Virus record (IMG/VR): IMGVR_UViG_3300017761_001735
Location: 1 to 33,649 of that record
Source of the DNA: a virus
Lineage: Duplodnaviria; Caudoviricetes
Length of the DNA stretch: 33,649 bases
Direction: 5' to 3' (one strand)
Each line of letters opens with the position of its first letter. The first letter of the stretch is position 1. Shown here one piece after another: positions 8,386 to 16,789 of this stretch. The position numbers and the translations under genes were made by a program. The notes under the pieces are model-generated. The model was not told the DNA's origin, made no database searches, and saw nothing but the letters and a program-made list of their open reading frames with translations.

Positions 8386-8579
8386 CGAACCTCCTCTTTC
8401 TTGTTAACCACAACCTTGATCTCACCCTTCAGCGCATCGATCAGCACATCGCCAACCTCCTGCGTGAACCTATCGCCCACGTTCATGCCGCCAACCTCAC
8501 GCCATGCCACGCACACGTACGGGTACTTGTGGTCAGGCTCGTAATCGAACTCAATCAGCCGATGCTTTGCGAATGCCAT
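8382..8579 (-). CDS. Hypothetical protein
   Basis: TGATG coupling. Confidence 0.7.
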   Translation of the reverse strand: MAFAKHRLIEFDYEPDHKYPYVCVAWREVGGMNVGDRFTQEVGDVLIDALKGEIKVVVNKKEEVR

Positions 8580-8788
8580 CACCAGAACCCCACTTGTATA
8601 ACCTCATCGACCCCACGCTTGGCTTCGGCCAAGGTGCGAAACTTGCCCGGGACATAGTTGCCGTGCTGCTCATAGCCCGACGCCCGTATGATGTAGCCAG
8701 TGCGGTGCTTCAGCGTGTGGCCAGGCTGGGACCAGCTCTCAAAGTCCTCTTCAATGACGCGACCGCGGTACGCCCAGGTCTTAGCCAT
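8579..8788 (-). CDS. Hypothetical protein (FRTLAEAKRGVD motif)
   Basis: GGAGGTGAGTGATG start; FxTLxEAKxxxD motif common in small phage proteins. Confidence 0.75.
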   Translation of the reverse strand: MAKTWAYRGRVIEEDFESWSQPGHTLKHRTGYIIRASGYEQHGNYVPGKFRTLAEAKRGVDEVIQVGFW

Positions 8789-9017
8789 CACTCACCTCCT
8801 CTAGGTGTTCAACCAACCGCGTGCAATCGCGCTGCAAGTCAGCATCAAATGGATGCCCGCGATTGGGTCCAGCAAACCAAGACTTCCACTGCCCGGTAGG
8901 CTCTCGGATTTCCACCCAGGTTAGTGACAGTTCCTTGGCGGCTCGCTCGCGAACCCTTCGCCGTCGCAATGGGAGCCGGCTGTCGCCAACATGTACGCCG
9001 AACATAAACTCACTCAT
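8781..9017 (-). CDS. Hypothetical protein
   Basis: GGAGGTGGGTGATG start; contains WFAGPNRGHPFD. Confidence 0.75.
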   Translation of the reverse strand: MSEFMFGVHVGDSRLPLRRRRVRERAAKELSLTWVEIREPTGQWKSWFAGPNRGHPFDADLQRDCTRLVEHLEEVSDG

Positions 9018-9360
9018 CACCCACCTCCACCCATGCAGGGTTGTCTCCAAGTCGCAACCCGTCCTTTACCCAAGTAATCAGGGCATCGCCGCTGCGAGGG
9101 CTGCCAAGGATCAACTCACAGCTGCCGTCATCGGCGCCCATCCAGATCGGGTGAAACCGAGTCTCGCGGACGGCCCACTCCTGATCCGTGGCAGAAAGAT
9201 TCAGCCCCCACGTTGTCAGGTATGGGTTGCCCATATTGTCTTCGGCTTCCCCAATATCGCAGCACCTCAAAGCCAAGGCAAAGGGCAGCGTGCCAAGCCG
9301 CCTCTTGCGCACTGCCACAACCGCATCGGCAGACAGGCCGCGGTTCGTTCGCTCACTCAT
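9010..9360 (-). CDS. Hypothetical protein
   Basis: Junction motif start. Confidence 0.7.
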   Translation of the reverse strand: MSERTNRGLSADAVVAVRKRRLGTLPFALALRCCDIGEAEDNMGNPYLTTWGLNLSATDQEWAVRETRFHPIWMGADDGSCELILGSPRSGDALITWVKDGLRLGDNPAWVEVGDE

Positions 9361-9581
9361 CACTCACCTCCTGATGCGTGTGTCTCATACCACTTCTCCA
9401 AGTCGCACTCTCGCTTGATCGTCTTTGCCCAGTCATGGATGTCGGCCACGCGGGCCGTCGCCACCCATTCGTAATGATCCGACTCGCGGAAGTCCGCAAG
9501 GATGTAGTCAGCCAGAGGTCGCAGCTTGGGAGAACGCATGACCCTAGCCTTTGCACGTTCGTACTCGTCAGTCCCAGCCAT
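9360..9581 (-). CDS. Hypothetical protein
   Basis: Junction motif at both ends. Confidence 0.75.
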   Translation of the reverse strand: MAGTDEYERAKARVMRSPKLRPLADYILADFRESDHYEWVATARVADIHDWAKTIKRECDLEKWYETHASGGE

Positions 9582-9862
9582 CACTCACCTCCCCTCATTC
9601 TTTTAAACCACGCCTTGGTTTTGCGTGCCATTTGCATCGTCTCAAAAGCGGCCGTGAACGGCTTAACTTTCCGCCCCTTCAGCAGCTCGTCCAGCCGGTC
9701 TGTTGGGAAGCCGAACGTCGAAGACATCTTGTCAATCAAGGGGCGAAGATGATCACGCTCGGCACGGCTCGTCGGTTGCTGATGGCAAAGGGCGTGATCC
9801 AATGCCGACATTAGCGTAGCCGCCTCTGCAAAGGTAAGCACAATCGTAGCCTCGTCACTCAT
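9581..9862 (-). CDS. Hypothetical protein (small helical family, TIVLTFAEA)
   Basis: GGAGGAGG RBS; ends GGE-stop in the junction motif. Confidence 0.7.
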   Translation of the reverse strand: MSDEATIVLTFAEAATLMSALDHALCHQQPTSRAERDHLRPLIDKMSSTFGFPTDRLDELLKGRKVKPFTAAFETMQMARKTKAWFKRMRGGE

Positions 9863-10010
9863 CACTATCCTCCTCCTCGCAGTAAAAATCTGTGGACTCC
9901 CATGGCTCACGGCTGGCAGCGCACACATCGCACTCGTCGTTGCCGTACTCATCGACGCTCAGTTCATCGCCGCACTTTCGGCAATGGCAATCGGCACCCG
10001 TGTCTCGCAT
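9855..10010 (-). CDS. 51-aa Zn-finger protein (CRKC...CDVC)
   Basis: Read manually: MRDTGADCHCRKCGDELSVDEYGNDECDVCAA...; junction motif start. Confidence 0.7.
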   Translation of the reverse strand: MRDTGADCHCRKCGDELSVDEYGNDECDVCAASREPWESTDFYCEEEDSDE

Positions 10011-10021
10011 CACTCACCTCC

Positions 10022-10204
10022 TCAGAAAGGTATCGCCTGCCCCTCAGTCGGCAGTTTCTTCAGCACCTCCACAGCAGAGGCATACGCAGCCTCTGCGTGT
10101 TCATCATCACCGAATGCGATGATGTCCCGGGCATCTTCCAGGTCCCTCTCAACAGCGGCCCGCAGGTAGGCGAGGTCCGCAATCGTCAGCTGCACGGTGA
10201 TCAT
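10022..10204 (-). CDS. Hypothetical protein (small helical family, TVQLTIADL)
   Basis: ATGA overlap with upstream gene. Confidence 0.7.
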   Translation of the reverse strand: MITVQLTIADLAYLRAAVERDLEDARDIIAFGDDEHAEAAYASAVEVLKKLPTEGQAIPF

Positions 10205-10425
10205 TCTAGTTTGCCCCCCCTGGCAGCCTCTGCTCTTGTGGTGTAGCCGGCCTTGCGAAGCGCCGCAACGATTGACTCAGCGCACCGCAGTTCCTCTCGC
10301 ATGTCATCGGCCCTGTCCTGGTCGGGGCCATCAAGCTCTAGCCATTCACCAAGCAGCTCAATGCGGTGCATGAAAGAGCTGTGAATCCAGTCGCAATCCT
10401 CGTCGTTCAGCCTGACGTTAAGCAT
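10201..10425 (-). CDS. Hypothetical protein (small helical family, NVRLNDED)
   Basis: AGGAG RBS. Confidence 0.7.
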   Translation of the reverse strand: MLNVRLNDEDCDWIHSSFMHRIELLGEWLELDGPDQDRADDMREELRCAESIVAALRKAGYTTRAEAARGGKLE

Positions 10426-10435
10426 CGTTCAACTC

Positions 10436-10645
10436 CTAGTTTGCCTCGGGATTGTAGTCTTCGGGCCACTCATCGTCATCGTCCATCTCTTCCAGGGCGA
10501 TGATCGTCTCCATGAACAGGGTGTTGATCAGCTTGACCGCCACCATGCTGCCCGGGTCTAGCTCAGTCGCCTCATAGATCACGCTCATCGCATCCGCCAC
10601 AGCAGCAGCGGCAACGTCCTTGTGGTCCATACACATGCGAACCAT
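10436..10645 (-). CDS. Hypothetical acidic protein
   Basis: AGGAG RBS; acidic tail EEMDDDDEWPED. Confidence 0.65.
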   Translation of the reverse strand: MVRMCMDHKDVAAAAVADAMSVIYEATELDPGSMVAVKLINTLFMETIIALEEMDDDDEWPEDYNPEAN

Positions 10646-10649
10646 GCTC

Positions 10650-11048
10650 CTATTCCTTGGGTGAAACCAACTCCCTATCCTTCAGCACATCATGCAGCGT
10701 GCCGATCCGTGTGTGCTTGGCGTACACGTTGACCTCTGAGTCATCAACGCCGGTGCGGCGGATAACGGCAGACACAAAGTCCTCTACCTTGGAAGCGAAG
10801 TGCCGCTCGTCTGCGAGTTCCGAGATTAGCTCGCAGGCGATCCACTGGATTTGCGCGGGACATCCCGACTCGCGCAGCCCAACGCACAGGGAGGACAGCG
10901 CATCCAAGGGGCGGCGATAGTCTTCGTCCACTCGCAGCCAGCGTTCGATCTCCGACAAGCTTGGTGGCGTGTGTTCGCCTCCGACAATCCTGTCCTTCAG
11001 CCACGCAAGGTATCGCTTGGTGGTCGCATCGCTGTACTGAATCTTCAT
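10650..11048 (-). CDS. Hypothetical protein
   Basis: GAGGTGAG RBS; ATGA overlap. Confidence 0.7.
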   Translation of the reverse strand: MKIQYSDATTKRYLAWLKDRIVGGEHTPPSLSEIERWLRVDEDYRRPLDALSSLCVGLRESGCPAQIQWIACELISELADERHFASKVEDFVSAVIRRTGVDDSEVNVYAKHTRIGTLHDVLKDRELVSPKE

Positions 11049-11326
11049 TCGCTCACCTCATAGACTCCTGAGTAATCACCCGTGCAATCCTCAACCATCA
11101 GGCCGATAGCCCCCAAGGCATCGGCCAGCCTGTCGATCTTGTCGTACTCGCGGCAGTCGTAGTTGCACCAGGCACGCATCGGACTGCCCGGCTCATGCAA
11201 CAGGAGCATCATCGAACCCCTGCCATACTGCCGGTCGCCGGGTGTCTCCCACTCAAAGTCGAAACCCACCAGATCGCGGATCACCGCCGCCGCCTCGGCA
11301 ATGCGAGGTATGGATTTGCTAGTCAT
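11045..11326 (-). CDS. Hypothetical protein
   Basis: GGAGGTGAAGTGATG start. Confidence 0.75.
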   Translation of the reverse strand: MTSKSIPRIAEAAAVIRDLVGFDFEWETPGDRQYGRGSMMLLLHEPGSPMRAWCNYDCREYDKIDRLADALGAIGLMVEDCTGDYSGVYEVSE

Positions 11327-11586
11327 CACTTCACCTCCGGTTTTGTTGGCCGCTCCGACCCATCTTCGTACGGCATCCAGTACGGCGCATCGTCGCTATC
11401 CACCACGCCGAGAGCCTCGTCGCAGACGAACAGATCGGTGGGTACGCCAAACTTTCTGGCCATCGACTTGCCATCCTCAGACTTGTCGATCTCAAACTTG
11501 CCACGCCACACCCCGATGTGCGGCCCGTAGTACCACACTCTCTGTCCGTTTATCGGCAGTCGCACCTTGCACTCAACCCACTGCAT
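11326..11586 (-). CDS. DUF551-like protein
   Basis: MQWVECKVRLP...YWMP...P..P pattern (WIxxxERLP...HWMPLP). Confidence 0.65.
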   Translation of the reverse strand: MQWVECKVRLPINGQRVWYYGPHIGVWRGKFEIDKSEDGKSMARKFGVPTDLFVCDEALGVVDSDDAPYWMPYEDGSERPTKPEVK

Positions 11587-11921
11587 CACTTTCCTCCCTT
11601 CTTCACAGGCTGATTCGGATTCGACCAACGCAACACACCAACCCAGCGGAACTCCACGCCGCCGTCAGCAAAGAACTCCTCCCGCCGATATTGCCTAGCC
11701 CTTGCAACCGCGGCGTCGGGCGTGATCCCCGACTCGCAGAACCCACGGCAAACGTGCATGGCAACCGGCCTCTTGCCGACGCCTGGAACCTCACGCATCT
11801 CGTAGATAGCCAGCTTGTAGACAGGGCCCAGATGATACGTGTCATCCAGCATTACAACGCCCCACTGCGTAGGATGTTCGCCTCCTCCGATGGGGTAACG
11901 ATCCTCATCCCAATAGAACAT
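11586..11921 (-). CDS. Hypothetical protein
   Basis: GGAGGGACTGATG start; TGATG at end. Confidence 0.7.
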   Translation of the reverse strand: MFYWDEDRYPIGGGEHPTQWGVVMLDDTYHLGPVYKLAIYEMREVPGVGKRPVAMHVCRGFCESGITPDAAVARARQYRREEFFADGGVEFRWVGVLRWSNPNQPVKKGGK

Positions 11922-12190
11922 CAGTCCCTCCATTCTGCTTGGTTCACAGCCATGTCGAACTCCTGCCACCGCTCATACGTCTCCGGGTATCCAGCGTCAA
12001 CGAGCAGGCGGATTGCATGCTTCAGTTGGTACAGCAACTCAGGGGCTGCGGCGATGAGCGGAATGTTATCCTTCTGGTTGTGGGTCCAGACTGGAAAGCA
12101 AATCAATTCGCCTCCGTTCTCTGCGAAAATCTCATGCAGTTCATCGCCTTCTGGCTCCCGAAAAACCCATGGTCCCGGCGTGTGTGCCAT
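11921..12190 (-). CDS. Conserved phage protein (HTPGPW...LIAAAPELL family)
   Basis: Both signature motifs present. Confidence 0.8.
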   Translation of the reverse strand: MAHTPGPWVFREPEGDELHEIFAENGGELICFPVWTHNQKDNIPLIAAAPELLYQLKHAIRLLVDAGYPETYERWQEFDMAVNQAEWRD

Positions 12191-12381
12191 CACTCACCTC
12201 CTTCTATTTTTAGGATAGTGTCGATGACGCGGTCGATCACCTCGGAAGTTTCGCTGCTGGGCACATTTAGCTGATGGCGCAGGTAAATTAACTCATTCTT
12301 TGCATCATCCAGCACCTCCTTCACCTCACGCTTGTCCTTACCACGCAGGATGCTGGGGTATTCAGAGTCAGGGTATGGCAT
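12190..12381 (-). CDS. Hypothetical protein
   Basis: Coupled by TGATG at both ends. Confidence 0.7.
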   Translation of the reverse strand: MPYPDSEYPSILRGKDKREVKEVLDDAKNELIYLRHQLNVPSSETSEVIDRVIDTILKIEGGE

Positions 12382-12650
12382 CACTCATCCTCCTCCGCGT
12401 ATGGCTCGTCCCCGGCATGGTCTTGAAGCCAGTCATCTAAGTCTTCCGCGGTCAGGTTGAATGCAGTGTCAGGGTCGCCAAGGCAGGAGGCCAAGCCGTC
12501 TAACTCGCTGCTGTCAACATCGAAACCGATGGCCGTCTCCAGTTCGCTGGATTTATCCCACAACTGGAGTTTGTGGAACATCATCTGCTGGAATGCACCA
12601 AGTGCCGCGTCGGTAATGCGGAACGTGCGCTTCTCTTGTCGTTCGTTCAT
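12381..12650 (-). CDS. Hypothetical acidic protein
   Basis: GGAGGTGGAGTGATG start. Confidence 0.7.
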   Translation of the reverse strand: MNERQEKRTFRITDAALGAFQQMMFHKLQLWDKSSELETAIGFDVDSSELDGLASCLGDPDTAFNLTAEDLDDWLQDHAGDEPYAEEDE

Positions 12651-12817
12651 CACTCCACCTCCAGTAGTTCCAATGTTTCCCGCAGCACCTCATAGCGGTG
12701 CCGATGCTCATCGAAGAACTCTTCGTCATCGAACCCAGACTTCAGTTCGCATATCTCACGGTCCAGAATGTCAATCAACTCCTCGGCCTGCTCGTCGGTC
12801 AGTTCAATCGTTGGCAT
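12650..12817 (-). CDS. Small acidic helical protein MPTIELTDEQ...
   Basis: GGAGG RBS; shares first 21 nt with the upstream gene. Confidence 0.75.
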   Translation of the reverse strand: MPTIELTDEQAEELIDILDREICELKSGFDDEEFFDEHRHRYEVLRETLELLEVE

Positions 12818-12998
12818 GCTTGGCCTCCGCAATCTTGTAAAGAATGGAATCCAATAGGCGAGCCGCCTTGGCGTAGGAGTCATGGTCCCTGTCGCCCTTG
12901 GGGTATCGCCGCAACATCTCGTTCACGTTCTCCTGCTCAACAGTCAGGCAGCCCCAAGCCTCCTTCAATTCGGCCTTGGTCAGTTCAATCGTTGGCAT
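12797..12998. repeat. 21-bp exact direct repeat GGTCAGTTCAATCGTTGGCAT
   Basis: Copies at 12797-12817 and 12978-12998 encode MPTIELT at the start of two adjacent genes. Confidence 0.9.
12804..12998 (-). CDS. Small helical protein MPTIELTKAE...
   Basis: GAGG RBS; tandem paralogue-like start. Confidence 0.75.
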   Translation of the reverse strand: MPTIELTKAELKEAWGCLTVEQENVNEMLRRYPKGDRDHDSYAKAARLLDSILYKIAEAKHAND

Positions 12999-13206
12999 CG
13001 TCGTTGCCCTCGGGGTTCATAAAGGCACGGAGTTTGCCGGCCAGTTCGTCTAGGTATGTGTCGTTCAGATCAAGGCGATTGCCAAGCGATTCCCGGATGC
13101 GCCAGCTGTGCAGGGCATGGTCGGCGCACTCCATCAAGGTGATGAAGTCATCTCCGTCAATACCGAGACGCTGGAACTCCTTGCTGTACTTCGCTGGAAT
13201 AGTCAT
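12985..13206 (-). CDS. Hypothetical protein
   Basis: GGAGGTGGAGTGATG start. Confidence 0.7.
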   Translation of the reverse strand: MTIPAKYSKEFQRLGIDGDDFITLMECADHALHSWRIRESLGNRLDLNDTYLDELAGKLRAFMNPEGNDDAND

Positions 13207-13424
13207 CACTCCACCTCCACTTCTGATTCGGTTTCAATCCACACCTTTGCACCACAGGACAGCGGGCTATCCGGCTGGTACACCACGGTGCATGGCCCAG
13301 CAATCCGCACGCGGTGTGCGTAGCGGTTGTCCTTGTAGGTCTTGACAGTAAGCACTGGCTCCCTCTCTCCTGTCTTGGAGTTGGAGCGAATGATGTGCTG
13401 GTTGACATGAACTAGCGTCTTCAC
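13206..13424 (-). CDS. Conserved phage protein (HVNQHxIRxN...PVLTVK...LSCGAKVWIET family)
   Basis: Recognisable widespread phage hypothetical; GGAGG RBS. Confidence 0.8.
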   Translation of the reverse strand: MKTLVHVNQHIIRSNSKTGEREPVLTVKTYKDNRYAHRVRIAGPCTVVYQPDSPLSCGAKVWIETESEVEVE

Positions 13425-13807
13425 CGCCCACCTCCTTCGGTAATGGCACGCCTAACGGCATCAATCGCATAGCCGATCAGCCGCTTGTGTCGGTACTCAT
13501 CCAGCGACAGGTGCGGATCGTCCGAACCCTGCCATTGGTACAGTAGATACGAAACGTAATCTCTGTCCTCGCTACCCAGATACACATCGGGGTGGTCGGT
13601 TGCCTCCGACCAAGACATGCCCTTCTCCTGCATGTCCCGCACTAGCCTCGCCTTGTGGCAGATCGACTCATCGGTTTCGTCGCTGAAGCAAAGGGTGTAC
13701 CGCTTCGCAAAGTCCAATCGGGCCTTACTCAGGCAGTGACCGCACGCCGCATCAAACGCACTCGCAGCCATGTCAGCCGTGTCAGCCATCCCGCTCTTAG
13801 TTCGCAT
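13421..13807 (-). CDS. Hypothetical protein
   Basis: GGAGGTGG RBS before ATG 13807. Confidence 0.7.
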   Translation of the reverse strand: MRTKSGMADTADMAASAFDAACGHCLSKARLDFAKRYTLCFSDETDESICHKARLVRDMQEKGMSWSEATDHPDVYLGSEDRDYVSYLLYQWQGSDDPHLSLDEYRHKRLIGYAIDAVRRAITEGGGR

Positions 13808-14012
13808 TGACCACCTCCAGATGTACGTTGCCACGGTTCGCATCCCACGCACAGTTTACCGCATCGTCTGACTCGTCGGCCCGGTGATCCACACACAGGG
13901 TCCACCGTCCGTACAGGTCGCGGGCCGAAGCCTCGGCCTCTTCCCGGGTGGCAAAACGCAGGGCGTTGCCAGCAAACTCTCCGCCAGTTGAAACCATCGG
14001 TCGAAAGCTCAT
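13797..14012 (-). CDS. Conserved phage protein (NALRFATREEAE family)
   Basis: GAGGAGG RBS, TGATG coupling; recognisable motif. Confidence 0.75.
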   Translation of the reverse strand: MSFRPMVSTGGEFAGNALRFATREEAEASARDLYGRWTLCVDHRADESDDAVNCAWDANRGNVHLEVVNAN

Positions 14013-14329
14013 CAGTTGTCCTCCTCTTTGATAGCCCCCTTGGAAACACCGAACTTGTACGTCATATCCTCCCACGCGCTGCGGATAGACGAGGTGAACT
14101 GCTTCTCGTCTCGCAGTTCGCCGCACACTGCAATCAGCAACTGGAACGTGATCTCCGGGTAGTCAGAGCGAGTGACATATGCCATGTCATTGACCGCCGC
14201 GACCACCTCCCGTTCGCCTTCCGTAGCCAGGAACTCACGGACCAGCCGATAGGTCAGGCCATACGCCTCGTTGTCATGCATCCACTTGACGAGCCGTTTG
14301 ACACGGGCCTCGCCGCCTTTGGTTGCCAT
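14012..14329 (-). CDS. Hypothetical protein
   Basis: GGAG RBS before ATG 14329. Confidence 0.7.
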   Translation of the reverse strand: MATKGGEARVKRLVKWMHDNEAYGLTYRLVREFLATEGEREVVAAVNDMAYVTRSDYPEITFQLLIAVCGELRDEKQFTSSIRSAWEDMTYKFGVSKGAIKEEDN

Positions 14330-14412
14330 CTCAGTTCTCCGTTCTTGATAGGTACACCCTATGACCATGGATGGAACGCCAAGTCCGCATCCACTCCTCC
14401 GCCTCCCAGCGG

Positions 14413-14574
14413 TCAGCAAACGTCGCAAGCACTTCCTTCCGTGTCCTCACAGCCCACATCGTCTACCTCCCATGTAAACGTGTACACCATACCGCATGCC
14501 CTACAGCAGGCATGCCACTGATTCCCGAGGGGTGCGGCCCATGCCATGTCCTGGCAGTTACACATTGGGCACAT
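14413..14574 (-). CDS. Small Zn-ribbon protein (CPMC...CRACG)
   Basis: GGAGG RBS; two CxxC pairs plus terminal CDVC. Confidence 0.7.
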   Translation of the reverse strand: MCPMCNCQDMAWAAPLGNQWHACCRACGMVYTFTWEVDDVGCEDTEGSACDVC

Positions 14575-14773
14575 CGTCTTCCTCCGCTGCAAGTATGGGA
14601 TTGACCAGAGAAGATATGGCACTCCATCCCGCTTCGATCATTGCGGTTTGGATGTAATCCTCGTTTTCATCCAAGAAATCGTTCGACTTTGTCACGCTCC
14701 AGTCGGGGCAGAGATCACCGATGTCCAAAGCACACCAAGTAACCTTGGCGTACGGTTTCACGTTGCTAGGCAT
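14558..14773 (-). CDS. Hypothetical protein
   Basis: Junction motif start. Confidence 0.7.
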   Translation of the reverse strand: MPSNVKPYAKVTWCALDIGDLCPDWSVTKSNDFLDENEDYIQTAMIEAGWSAISSLVNPILAAEEDDVPNV

Positions 14774-14961
14774 CACTCACCCTCCATTCGTTCCAAGTAC
14801 TCATCCCGTGACTCATCGCTGCACGGCTGCTGCCACGCCTCGCCGGAACACCGGCCATACGGCTGGTCGGAACACCGAAGATGCCCGTACTTGCAGGGGT
14901 GGCAGCCCAGTTCCTCGTCGGAACACCGCTCCATGAACGCTTCCAGGTCAGCCAACTTCAT
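14773..14961 (-). CDS. Small Cys/His-rich protein (PCKYGHLRCS)
   Basis: GGAGGTGAGCGATG start. Confidence 0.7.
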   Translation of the reverse strand: MKLADLEAFMERCSDEELGCHPCKYGHLRCSDQPYGRCSGEAWQQPCSDESRDEYLERMEGE

Positions 14962-14972
14962 CGCTCACCTCC

Positions 14973-15395
14973 CTAGTCCCACCAGTACCGAACACACTTA
15001 GACGATTGCAGAAACACCTCGTCTCGTTCATCCGCAGACACCCTCTTGGCTGTCGGCAGTTTTGCCTTACATCCCCATGGCACCTTGACATATAGGCAGA
15101 CGCTTCCCTCTCGGGCGATGCGAATAACCGCTTCCTCGGGGAATCGGCCGATCACGCTCGGGGTGAAGTTGTTGTAGCCCTTCACCCACTGCTCCATGAC
15201 ACACTTGGCTTCGTCCCGTGGCAGCCAGCGGGATGCGAAGAACTCTAGGTTCCGCCGCTGTTCCATCGCCTCCCAAGCAGGGACATCGATGTATGGGGCG
15301 GATACTTTGGGGTGGTAGTCCCAGCAATCCGCGTATGCCTCCGCCACCTCGTTAGATACCGTGGCCATGTGTGCCGACTGTTCAACTGTTGGCAT
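14973..15395 (-). CDS. Hypothetical protein (C-terminal RYWWD)
   Basis: AAGGAGG RBS before ATG 15395. Confidence 0.75.
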   Translation of the reverse strand: MPTVEQSAHMATVSNEVAEAYADCWDYHPKVSAPYIDVPAWEAMEQRRNLEFFASRWLPRDEAKCVMEQWVKGYNNFTPSVIGRFPEEAVIRIAREGSVCLYVKVPWGCKAKLPTAKRVSADERDEVFLQSSKCVRYWWD

Positions 15396-15660
15396 TGCTT
15401 GCCTCCTTCTTTCGCTGCTCCCATTCGTAGGTAAAGACGGGCACCCAAGCCCATCGCCCATCGGTCATTGCACCGCCGAAGAATCGGTCGGCATCCCATC
15501 CGAGCTTTTCACACAGGGCGACCACTGCTGCCCGGTGATTGGCCTCGCTGTCTAGTGCGCTGTCATATGGCACGGTGGCCGTGCCCCTAAAACCCGTGGC
15601 CCGCACCTTGGAGCCACGGGTATCGGTTGGCCCGTGGTATTTGCTTGTGATCGCCAACAT
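15382..15660 (-). CDS. Conserved phage protein (KYHGPTDTRGSKVRA family)
   Basis: Recognisable IxTKYxGPTxTRGSRIKA motif. Confidence 0.8.
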   Translation of the reverse strand: MLAITSKYHGPTDTRGSKVRATGFRGTATVPYDSALDSEANHRAAVVALCEKLGWDADRFFGGAMTDGRWAWVPVFTYEWEQRKKEASNANS

Positions 15661-15663
15661 GTA

Positions 15664-15867
15664 TCACCCCTTAGTTTCCAGGTAGTGCCTGATCAAATCG
15701 CCCACAGGAATGTCACGGTATCCCGCAATCGGGTCGCCCCATTCCTGATCATCTGCTTGTGCCTGTGTGCTAAACCGCACCACGCACCCATCGGCCTCGT
15801 CCCATGTCTCACGGTCATTGAGCAGGACATAGCACCTGCCCTCGTCCAGGTCGTTTGCTTCTGCCAT
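15664..15867 (-). CDS. Hypothetical protein
   Basis: AGGAG RBS, GTGACATG junction. Confidence 0.7.
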   Translation of the reverse strand: MAEANDLDEGRCYVLLNDRETWDEADGCVVRFSTQAQADDQEWGDPIAGYRDIPVGDLIRHYLETKG

Positions 15868-15868
15868 G

Positions 15869-16108
15869 TCACTTCTCCTCTGGGGAATAGATGCCGACTA
15901 ACGGCATCGGAGCATCGGGAAACCATCGACTAGCCAGCAGTTCCGTGATGTAGTCCGCATGTACCTGGCTGGGCAGGTAGATCACACCGTTTTGCACATG
16001 CCCGACACGCCAGCCCTGCAAGGAGAGCCAGTAGCGAATCAGGCCATCGCCAGGTTTGGTCTTTTGCATGGCAGTCTTAGCCACTGGGCAGAGAATCTCG
16101 GTTCGCAT
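15869..16108 (-). CDS. Hypothetical protein
   Basis: GAGGTGTGACATG junction. Confidence 0.7.
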   Translation of the reverse strand: MRTEILCPVAKTAMQKTKPGDGLIRYWLSLQGWRVGHVQNGVIYLPSQVHADYITELLASRWFPDAPMPLVGIYSPEEK

Positions 16109-16109
16109 G

Positions 16110-16328
16110 TCACACCTCGTCGGGAAAGAAAGGAATCGGGCGGCTGGCAAGAATCTTGCCGACACCGCGACCGTCATCCAGACGCTTTACTGCGTACAGC
16201 ACTGCCTTGCCGCCCTCTTCGCGGACATACAGCTCCGCGTCGAATGACTTGCAGACCGTGTCAAGCATCGCCCGAACGTCGCTCGCCTTGGTGGGCGACG
16301 GCAATCGGACCTCAGAGCCGCACTTCAT
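16110..16328 (-). CDS. Hypothetical protein
   Basis: GGAGGTGTGACATG junction. Confidence 0.7.
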   Translation of the reverse strand: MKCGSEVRLPSPTKASDVRAMLDTVCKSFDAELYVREEGGKAVLYAVKRLDDGRGVGKILASRPIPFFPDEV

Positions 16329-16329
16329 G

Positions 16330-16788
16330 TCACACCTCCACGTTGTATGGTTCGTCGGCATAACGCTCCTCCACTTCCTCCCGGTCTAGGGTGAGCGGGC
16401 AGGAGTCAAAGTTGTCCGCAGACAGGCAGGTGAACAGGCAGTAGTAACCCTCCGCCCGCTCTCGGGGATTGTCGGAACACAGGGCATCAATCAGCTCCTG
16501 TGGTTCCTTGTCGCATGACCTGGCAACATCTGCGATGTCATCGGCGTACCACACCGGCTTATCGGGGTGGTGCGGATTGTCGGACAGCACACCGTTGATG
16601 TAGGTGTGTGGCTCCATGGTGAACCGCCACACCATCCAGCTGTTCCGCCGGTTGTATTCCTTCTCCAGCACCTCCATTTCGGGGTCATAGCGTCCGGTCT
16701 TATCGACCAGGATAAACTTGCCCCCATGGTCAATCGGGTTCATGTCGCCAATGTTGGCAACACACTCCCATTCGGGCTGATCGGTCAC
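16330..16788 (-). CDS. Hypothetical acidic protein (GDMNPIDHGG motif)
   Basis: 152-aa ORF abutting neighbours. Confidence 0.75.
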   Translation of the reverse strand: MTDQPEWECVANIGDMNPIDHGGKFILVDKTGRYDPEMEVLEKEYNRRNSWMVWRFTMEPHTYINGVLSDNPHHPDKPVWYADDIADVARSCDKEPQELIDALCSDNPRERAEGYYCLFTCLSADNFDSCPLTLDREEVEERYADEPYNVEV

Positions 16789-16789
16789 A

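Noticed and set aside
11163-12218. 351-aa plus-strand ORF
   Set aside because: Antisense shadow of coupled minus-strand genes with strong RBSs; composition looks random.
8786-14972. Junction repeat as a CRISPR array or integron attC array
   Set aside because: The repeat is only 14 nt, non-palindromic and equals SD plus start; the spacers are whole genes of variable length; no cas gene or tyrosine integrase is present.
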